From Desulfobacterales bacterium (GTDB lineage Bacteria; Desulfobacterota; Desulfobacteria; Desulfobacterales; UBA5852): DNA of 64,000 nucleotides. Each line of letters opens with the position of its first letter. Position 1 is the stretch's first letter. Under the pieces are notes generated by a model. That model made no database searches. It saw only the letters and a program-made list of their open reading frames with translations, and was not told the DNA's origin. The translations under genes and the position numbers were made by a program. The stretch spans positions 1,440,001-1,504,000 of the forward strand of contig CAXXVS010000002.1 in NCBI GenBank assembly GCA_963674755.2, in the 5' to 3' direction. Of this stretch, positions 57,512 to 64,000 are shown piece after piece.

Positions 57512-59119
57512 TCAGCCGCGCGCGGCGGGCCAGCCCGGAAGCCGCTCCAGCAGGCGTTTGATTTCCCGGATGCGCAGCCCGTACCCCAAAATAACCAGCA
57601 GGAGCAAAAAAACGCCGCTCACCAGGGCCACTGTAATCAGGCTGCCCAATGTCGTGGCGGAGGCCACGTGCGCCGCAATCCAGTAGCGCAGGAGCCTCAG
57701 GACGGCCCACAGCGGCAGGGAAAGCAGCACCATTTTCAGAAAAAACCGGTAGACGGCGCCACTGCCGGCATTGCGGCTGCGCCGGTTCCAGATGACGAAG
57801 AGCAGGGCCACCTGCGCCAGGGCCGAAAAGGATACCGCCAGGCCGACCCCTACGAGGCCCATCGATTGCATGCCGAGGTAGTAGAGCGGCACGCTCACGA
57901 TCACCGCCAGGGTGCCGTACAAGGCCGGCAGAAGGGTGTTTTGAGTGGCGTAAAAACCGCGGTTGACGGCGGTCTGGGAGGCGAAGGCCACCGCCCCCAG
58001 CATCAGGCACCCCAAAACCGGGGCCGTCATCAATACATCGCCGCGGGTGAAACGCCCCCGCATGTAGAGCAGGGTGACCACCTCCTCGCGCAGCACGATG
58101 ATCAGCACGGCGAAAGGCAATACAATGCACAGGTAGCGCAAGGTGTCGTTCAGGAGCTGGTTCATTTCGGCCAGGCGCCCTTCGGCGGCCATGCGCGTCA
58201 TGAAGGGATAGATCGCGATGCCCAGCGCCTGCCCGAAGAAGGCTACCAGCATCTGCATGATGCGCATGGCGTAATCGATCCAGGCGATGCTGCCCGGAGG
58301 CAAATAGCTGCCGAAGAACTTGGTGAAGATCTCGGTGGAAAACATCATGGTCAGCCCCAGCATCAGGGGCAGGGTCAGGCGCAGGTAACGCCACAGGTCG
58401 GAATGCCGCCAGTCCCAGAGCGGTGTGAAGCGCAGACCGACCCGGCGGGCGCCCTTGATCTGGAGGGCGAAATTGCCGATCAGCGCGCCGCCCAGGACAC
58501 CCCAGGCAAAGCCTTCCATGCCCAGGGATGAGGCCAGCAGAACACCCCCGGCGATGATCCCCAGGTTGTAGACCAGCGGCGCCAGGGCCGGGATAAAAAA
58601 CCGCTCCTGGGCGTACTGGACAGCCGCCATCAGGCCCCCGGCGAAAAAGAAGAACTGGGCGGGCAGGATGATGCGCGTCATACGCACGGTCATGGCCACA
58701 AAGGCCGGATCGCTGCGCCCCGGCGCCAAAACGGCGACCAATTGCGGCGTCAGCACCTCGGCCACGGCAATCAAAATGATCAGCAACGTACCGAATACCG
58801 TCATGATCAGCGAGAAGACCTGCCAGCCTTCCTCGGCACGGTCTTCCGCCAGATAGCCGGTGAAAATGGGGATAAAGGTGACCGCCATGAAGCCGCTGGC
58901 CACGATGTGGTTCAGGATTTCCGGTACGATGAAGGCCACCCGGTAGGCGTCCACGGCGGCGTCCGCGCCGGCCACCCCGGCAATGACCATTTCCCGGACC
59001 AGGCCCATGACGCGGCTGAGAAAAATGGACGCCATCATGATAGCGGAGGCAATCCCGATTTTCCGCCACAATCGGGCGGTTTTATCTTCGCTGGGCTTCG
59101 GGGCGGCAGAGGATGACAT
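57512..59119 (-). CDS. murJ: Lipid II flippase MurJ
   Basis: SRVMGLVRE..IA, DAY.VAF..P, FIP.F, GFYATQNT..P. Confidence 0.93.
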   Translation of the reverse strand: MSSSAAPKPSEDKTARLWRKIGIASAIMMASIFLSRVMGLVREMVIAGVAGADAAVDAYRVAFIVPEILNHIVASGFMAVTFIPIFTGYLAEDRAEEGWQVFSLIMTVFGTLLIILIAVAEVLTPQLVAVLAPGRSDPAFVAMTVRMTRIILPAQFFFFAGGLMAAVQYAQERFFIPALAPLVYNLGIIAGGVLLASSLGMEGFAWGVLGGALIGNFALQIKGARRVGLRFTPLWDWRHSDLWRYLRLTLPLMLGLTMMFSTEIFTKFFGSYLPPGSIAWIDYAMRIMQMLVAFFGQALGIAIYPFMTRMAAEGRLAEMNQLLNDTLRYLCIVLPFAVLIIVLREEVVTLLYMRGRFTRGDVLMTAPVLGCLMLGAVAFASQTAVNRGFYATQNTLLPALYGTLAVIVSVPLYYLGMQSMGLVGVGLAVSFSALAQVALLFVIWNRRSRNAGSGAVYRFFLKMVLLSLPLWAVLRLLRYWIAAHVASATTLGSLITVALVSGVFLLLLVILGYGLRIREIKRLLERLPGWPAARG

Positions 59120-59287
59120 GCCCCCCTGTATAGGAGGGATCTCCGGCTTTGTCCACAAGAATGCCGCTGCCGCCCCGGCGGCGGCATTAGCCCTTGACCT
59201 CAGTCATCCGGGACCTTATGGGATAGAGAAAACAATCCGGAACACGCACGTTCCTCAAATTCGAGAACCAACCGAAAGCCTCTTCCC

Positions 59288-59956
59288 ATGCAGCTTGACG
59301 CCATGCTTTGCGACCTGGACGGCACCCTCCTGGACACCCTGACCGATCTGGCGGACGCCGCCAACCGGGTGCTGGCCGAAGCCGGCCTGCCGATCCACCC
59401 CCTCAGCGCCTACCGCGGGTTTATCGGTGACGGATCGCGCCGGCTGATCACCCGGGCCCTGCCCCAGGACCGGCGCAATCCGGATACCGTGGACGCCTTT
59501 CTGGAACGCTTCAAAGCCGACTACGGCGCCAACTGGAAATCCGCCACACGCCCCTACCCTGGCATCCGGGAGCTTTTGCAGACACTCACCCGCCGCGGCA
59601 TTCCCCTGGCGGTGGTGACCAACAAGCCCCAGGAATTTGCCGAATGCTGCCTGGCACACTTCTTTGCGGACGTGACCTTCCGGGCGGTCCGGGGACAGAC
59701 GGGGAACCGCCCGCTGAAGCCCGATCCGGCCCCGGCCCTGGATGCGGCGGCCCAGTTGGGGGTGGCGCCGGCAACCTGCCTCATGCTGGGGGACAGCGGG
59801 GTGGACATGCAAACCGCCCGGGGAGCCGGGATGCTGCCGCTGGGGGCGTCCTGGGGGTTTCGGCCGGTGGCGGAACTGACGGCCGCCGGCGCGGCGGGCA
59901 TCGCCCGGCATCCCCGGGAAGTTCTCGAATGGTTCCCACGAAGCGAAGCCCCATGA
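59288..59956 (+). CDS. HAD-family phosphatase (phosphoglycolate phosphatase-like)
   Basis: DLDGTLLDT, VVTNK, KPDP, LGDSGVD. Confidence 0.9.
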   Translation: MQLDAMLCDLDGTLLDTLTDLADAANRVLAEAGLPIHPLSAYRGFIGDGSRRLITRALPQDRRNPDTVDAFLERFKADYGANWKSATRPYPGIRELLQTLTRRGIPLAVVTNKPQEFAECCLAHFFADVTFRAVRGQTGNRPLKPDPAPALDAAAQLGVAPATCLMLGDSGVDMQTARGAGMLPLGASWGFRPVAELTAAGAAGIARHPREVLEWFPRSEAP

Positions 59957-61698
59957 CCCCCAAGCCCTTCCCATCTCTGGTGCATGAAACCGTCGCCACC
60001 ATTGTGGACGGCTACCGCGCCTACCGGAACGATTTCCAGGCCATCACGGCCCGCGCCCTGGATCGCTTCGTGCGCTGTGACTGGAGCGGCATGCAGGACG
60101 ATGCGCTGGAACGGCTGGAGGCCTATCAGAAGGTTCTGACGTCGGTCGTGGCGGATCTCGACGGGATGCTGGGGCGCCAGGCCGCCGACCCCTCTTTCTG
60201 GGAAAAGGCCAAGGCCGGCATGGCCCGCGACATCGGGCAGGTGACGGATCCCGAACTGGCCGAAACCTTTTTCAATTCCGTGGTGCGCCGGCTGGCCAAC
60301 ATCATCGGGGCCGATCCGCGTTTGGAGTTTCTGCACGATGCCCCCCGCGCCCTGCCCGCCCCCCAGGCCAACCGCGATTTTCTGACGTTCCCGGCGGCCG
60401 GACGCTCTCTGGAAACGCTTTGCAGTGCCCTTCTCCATGAATCCCCCCTGGCCGGATATTTTCGGGACATCGAGCCCGAAGCCCGGCGCATGGCCGCCCA
60501 CCTGGCGCCCGTCTATGCGCAAGCCAGCGTATCCGGCGGCACCAAGGGCATCGATCGTCTGGAAATGCTGTCATCCCCCTTTTTCCGGGGGATGGGGGCC
60601 TATCTGATCGGACGGGTGGTGACCCATGAAGGCCTCACTCAGCCCCTGGCCATTGCCCTCGTCAGCGACAACCGCGGCATCCGCATCGATGGCCTGATCG
60701 ATGATACGGAAGGTCTTCGTCTGCTGTTCAGCTACACCCATTCCTACTTCCATGTCGCCACGGACCGGATCCGACCTCTGATCGCGTTTCTGCATCCCCT
60801 CCTGCCCCGCCGCCGCCTGGCCGAGCTCTATATTTCCATCGGCTTCAACCGCCACGGCAAGACCGAACTCTACCGCGATCTGGCCCGCCACCAGAACACC
60901 TGCCGCGATAGTTTCGACATCTCACCCGGCAAGCCGGGCATGGTCATGGCCGTGTTCAACATGCCCTCCGACGACCTGGTCTTCAAGATCATCCGCGACC
61001 ATTTCGCCCAGCCCAAGCACACCACCCGCCGGGAAGTGATGGCCAAGTATGCCTACATCTTCCGTCACGACCGGACCGGGCGCCTGCCGGATACCCAGAC
61101 CTTCGATCATCTCAAATTCGGGCGCGGCTGCTTCCACCCGCGCCTCATTCAGGAGCTGGAAACCACCGCGGCCCGCTCCGTCACCATCGACGGGGATGAC
61201 GTTACCATCCTGTTGGCCTATGTCGAGCGCCGGGTGCTGCCCCTCGACCTCTACCTGACCGAAGCCCCCCCCGAAGCCGCCCGGGCGGCCGTCATCGATT
61301 TCGGCCAGGCCATCAAGGACCTGGCCTGCAGCAATTTGTTCCCCGGCGATATGCTGCTGAAAAATTTCGGCGTCACCGGACTGGGCCGGGTGATCTTCTA
61401 CGACTTCGACGAAGTCTGCCCGCTGACGGATTGCCGCTTCCGGCGCAAACCGCCGGCGGTCTCCTACGAGGACGAACTGGCGGCGGAACCCTGGTATTAC
61501 GTGGCGGAAAACGATATCTTCCCGGAAGAATTCGAAAATTTTCTGGGCCTGACCGGGACGCTTAAAACGGCCTTTCTGGAACACCATGCCGATCTTCTGG
61601 GGGTGGACTTCTGGCGGCGGACCCAGGCGGAAATACGGGCCGGCAGACCGATTCATGTCTATCCCTACCAACGGTTCGCCGATCTGAAACCCCTCTGA
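59953..61698 (+). CDS. aceK: Isocitrate dehydrogenase kinase/phosphatase
   Basis: AETFFNSV, HGKTELYR, PGKPGMVM, VFKIIRD, FPGDMLLKNFGVT, FYDFDE, DIFPEEF. Confidence 0.94.
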   Translation: MTPKPFPSLVHETVATIVDGYRAYRNDFQAITARALDRFVRCDWSGMQDDALERLEAYQKVLTSVVADLDGMLGRQAADPSFWEKAKAGMARDIGQVTDPELAETFFNSVVRRLANIIGADPRLEFLHDAPRALPAPQANRDFLTFPAAGRSLETLCSALLHESPLAGYFRDIEPEARRMAAHLAPVYAQASVSGGTKGIDRLEMLSSPFFRGMGAYLIGRVVTHEGLTQPLAIALVSDNRGIRIDGLIDDTEGLRLLFSYTHSYFHVATDRIRPLIAFLHPLLPRRRLAELYISIGFNRHGKTELYRDLARHQNTCRDSFDISPGKPGMVMAVFNMPSDDLVFKIIRDHFAQPKHTTRREVMAKYAYIFRHDRTGRLPDTQTFDHLKFGRGCFHPRLIQELETTAARSVTIDGDDVTILLAYVERRVLPLDLYLTEAPPEAARAAVIDFGQAIKDLACSNLFPGDMLLKNFGVTGLGRVIFYDFDEVCPLTDCRFRRKPPAVSYEDELAAEPWYYVAENDIFPEEFENFLGLTGTLKTAFLEHHADLLGVDFWRRTQAEIRAGRPIHVYPYQRFADLKPL

Positions 61699-61823
61699 GC
61701 CGGCCGTATACATCCTCGGCAGGAGATGACGGTTTATATAGCGAATGTTAAAAAGGCACCTTGTCAAGGGTGCCTGCGGTAGTTACCTTCCTCTTTAAGC
61801 ATTCATCCCGTCGCGACGGTCGC

Positions 61824-61969
61824 TAGCGTTTATCCATCGATAGCATCTTTCGGCATCGGCCAGCGTTCGCACGCTCTGGAAATCCTTGCCCTAGCCCGGA
61901 TAGGCTTGCAGTTCCCAGGTCGCTACGGCCTTGGCCGGAACCAAAATCTACCGCTTCGGGACAGCGCTA
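61824..61969. repeat. Hairpin element family 1, full-length copy
   Basis: TA-ended tagcgtttatcc / gggacagcgcta; ATCTT, AGCGTT, AATCCT, TGCAGTT, GCCTT and AATCTA motifs. Confidence 0.82.
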
Positions 61970-62045
61970 TAAAATAAAATCCAGGTTTGACAACCGAAGA
62001 CAACCACCCCCCATCCCCAATCCGGGATAGTAAGGAGGCTCTTAC

Positions 62046-63644
62046 ATGCAAGCCACGCTCACGGTCGATGGTATCGACGTCCAGGCCCCGGTTCCCGAGG
62101 CTTTTTTGCGGGTGCTGACCCCCGAGGCCCTGCGCTTTGCCGGCGCCCTGGCCCGTGAATTTGAAGACCGGCGCCAATCCCTTCTCGAACGCCGCAAGAC
62201 GGTCCAGCAGGACATCGACAATGGTCGTCTGCCGGATTTTCTCCCGGAAACCCGCGCCATCCGGGAGGGCGACTGGAAAATCGCCCCCATTCCCGACGAC
62301 CTCCAGGACCGCCGCGTGGAAATCACCGGCCCGGTGGACCGTAAGATGGTCATCAACGCCCTCAACTCCGGGGCCAAGGCCTACATGGCCGACTTCGAAG
62401 ACTCCCACTGCCCCACCTGGACGGCAACCATCGAGGGCCAAATCAACCTCATGGATGCCGTGGACGGTACGATCGCCTTCGACAGCCCGGAAGGCAAGCA
62501 TTACGCCCTGAACGACCAAACCGCGGTCCTGCTCGTTCGTCCGCGAGGCTGGCACCTTCTGGAGAAACATGTCCTGGTGGACGGACGGCCCATCTCGGGC
62601 AGCCTTTTCGACTTTGCCCTTTACTTCTTTCACAATGCGGCCAAGCTGGTTGAAAAAGGCTCCGGCCCCTATTTCTACCTGCCCAAACTGGAAAGCCACC
62701 TGGAGGCCCGGCTGTGGAACGACGTCTTTGTCCGGGCCCAGGAATTACGCGGTATTCCCCAGGGCACGATCAAGGCCACGGTGCTGATCGAAACCATTCT
62801 GGCCGCTTTCGAAACCGAGGAAATTCTCTACGAGCTGCGCGACCACATGGCCGGTCTCAACTGCGGCCGCTGGGACTACATCTTCAGTTTCATCAAAAAG
62901 TTCAAGAACCTGCCGGAGTACATCTTCCCGGATCGCGCCCAGGTCACCATGACCCGCCACTGTATGCGCTCCTACTCCCTGCAGGTCATCAAAACCTGCC
63001 ACCGCCGCGGCGCCCATGCCATGGGGGGTATGGCCGCCCAGATTCCCATCAAGGACGATCCGCAACGCAACGCCGCCGCCCTGGCCAAAGTGCGCGAAGA
63101 CAAGGTCCGCGAAGCCACCGACGGCCACGACGGCACCTGGGTGGCCCATCCGGGCCTGGTGGCCATCGCCCTGGAAGAGTTCGACCGCCACATGCCCCAG
63201 GCCAACCAGATCGATCGGCTGCGGGAAGACGTCCAGGTGTCGGCCCGGGATCTGCTGCGCTGCCCGGAAGGGACCATCACCGAAGACGGGCTGCGCAACA
63301 ATGTCAGCGTCGGCCTCCAATACATGGCCAGCTGGCTGGGCGGCAACGGCTGCGTGCCCATCTACCATCTCATGGAAGACGCGGCCACGGCCGAAATTTC
63401 CCGCACCCAGCTCTGGCAGTGGGTGCATCATCCCAAGGGGGTGCTGGAAGACGGGCGCGACATCACGCTGGATCTCTTCCGGACCGTTCTCAAGGAAGAG
63501 CTCGCCGGGTTGCGCACCGCACTGGGCGAGGCGGCCTTTGCCCAGGGGCATTTCCAGGAGGCCGCCGACCTGCTGACCGCCATCATCAGCGACGCTACCC
63601 TGGACGAATTCTTGACGCTGCGGGCCTATGCGCAGCTGGACTGA
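62046..63644 (+). CDS. aceB: Malate synthase A
   Basis: DRRVEITGP, MADFEDS, VRPRGWHL, LNCGRWDYIFS, GHDGTWVAHP, LMEDAATAEISR. Confidence 0.97.
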   Translation: MQATLTVDGIDVQAPVPEAFLRVLTPEALRFAGALAREFEDRRQSLLERRKTVQQDIDNGRLPDFLPETRAIREGDWKIAPIPDDLQDRRVEITGPVDRKMVINALNSGAKAYMADFEDSHCPTWTATIEGQINLMDAVDGTIAFDSPEGKHYALNDQTAVLLVRPRGWHLLEKHVLVDGRPISGSLFDFALYFFHNAAKLVEKGSGPYFYLPKLESHLEARLWNDVFVRAQELRGIPQGTIKATVLIETILAAFETEEILYELRDHMAGLNCGRWDYIFSFIKKFKNLPEYIFPDRAQVTMTRHCMRSYSLQVIKTCHRRGAHAMGGMAAQIPIKDDPQRNAAALAKVREDKVREATDGHDGTWVAHPGLVAIALEEFDRHMPQANQIDRLREDVQVSARDLLRCPEGTITEDGLRNNVSVGLQYMASWLGGNGCVPIYHLMEDAATAEISRTQLWQWVHHPKGVLEDGRDITLDLFRTVLKEELAGLRTALGEAAFAQGHFQEAADLLTAIISDATLDEFLTLRAYAQLD

Positions 63645-63650
63645 TATGGT

Positions 63651-63684
63651 TAGAAGCCATCTCAACATTAGACGATAGCTTCTA
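63651..63684. repeat. Ends-only remnant of hairpin element family 1
   Basis: tagaagccatctcaa...gatagcttcta resembles the terminus tagaagccgatctcaaaa of the 18467-18600 copy. Confidence 0.55.
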
Positions 63685-63732
63685 TCGTCACGACACGTCT
63701 ATCACCATGCCAATTCCGGGAGGAAAGCTACT

Positions 63733-64000
63733 ATGGCCAAAACCATCGCCCAACGCGCCCTTGAAATCGAAGAACGTCTGACCTGCCATATGGTGTTGCC
63801 GGATGAGATCGAAGAAGTGGAACAGGGCTGGCGGGATGATCCCCGCTGGAAGGGCGTTGTACGCCCTTACAGTGCCGAAGACATGCTCAAGCTGCGCGGC
63901 ACCCTGACCATCGACTACACCTTCGCCACCATCGGAGCCAAGCGCCTGTGGCAGTTGATCACCACCAAAGACTATGTCGCCGCGCTGGGGGCCCTCACCG
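63733..64000 (+). CDS. aceA: Isocitrate lyase, N-terminal part (runs off the window)
   Basis: MAKTI...WRDDPRWKGVVRPYSAEDMLKLRG..GAKRLW..YVAALGALT, directly downstream of aceB. Confidence 0.9.
   Translation, partial: MAKTIAQRALEIEERLTCHMVLPDEIEEVEQGWRDDPRWKGVVRPYSAEDMLKLRGTLTIDYTFATIGAKRLWQLITTKDYVAALGALT

Noticed and set aside
59166..59187. Hairpin between murJ and the HAD gene
   Set aside because: Short GC-rich stem in a divergent promoter region with no supporting features.

Overview
GC-rich bacterial chromosomal segment. Gene content and intergenic repeat style suggest a Desulfobacterales-like deltaproteobacterium (inference, not verified). It holds about 45 CDS: a peptide ABC operon with pepF/pepD, purB, Na+/H+ and K+/H+ antiporters, a VWA plus double-OmpA protein, gltBD, murJ, Fe-S proteins, an HDOD-GGDEF cyclase and a glyoxylate-shunt cluster (aceK-aceB-aceA, aceA cut by the window end). 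I found no rRNA, tRNA, CRISPR array or transposase. Two things stand out. (1) A ~12.7 kb IclR-associated amino-acid/amine catabolic locus (22795-35530) is built around an 822-aa tandem KamA-like radical SAM protein, with one apparently active and one degenerate domain and non-lysine active-site residues. It also carries a cytoplasmic M23-like protein, a proline-racemase-family enzyme, an amidohydrolase, an aminotransferase and an ABC importer with a Tat-exported binding protein. (2) At least seven dispersed copies of a non-coding hairpin element share conserved internal-loop motifs and co-varying stems, often with TA ends that overlap host stop codons. Two further short-period intergenic repeat families are also present. 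All family assignments come from motif recognition by eye; no database searches were run.
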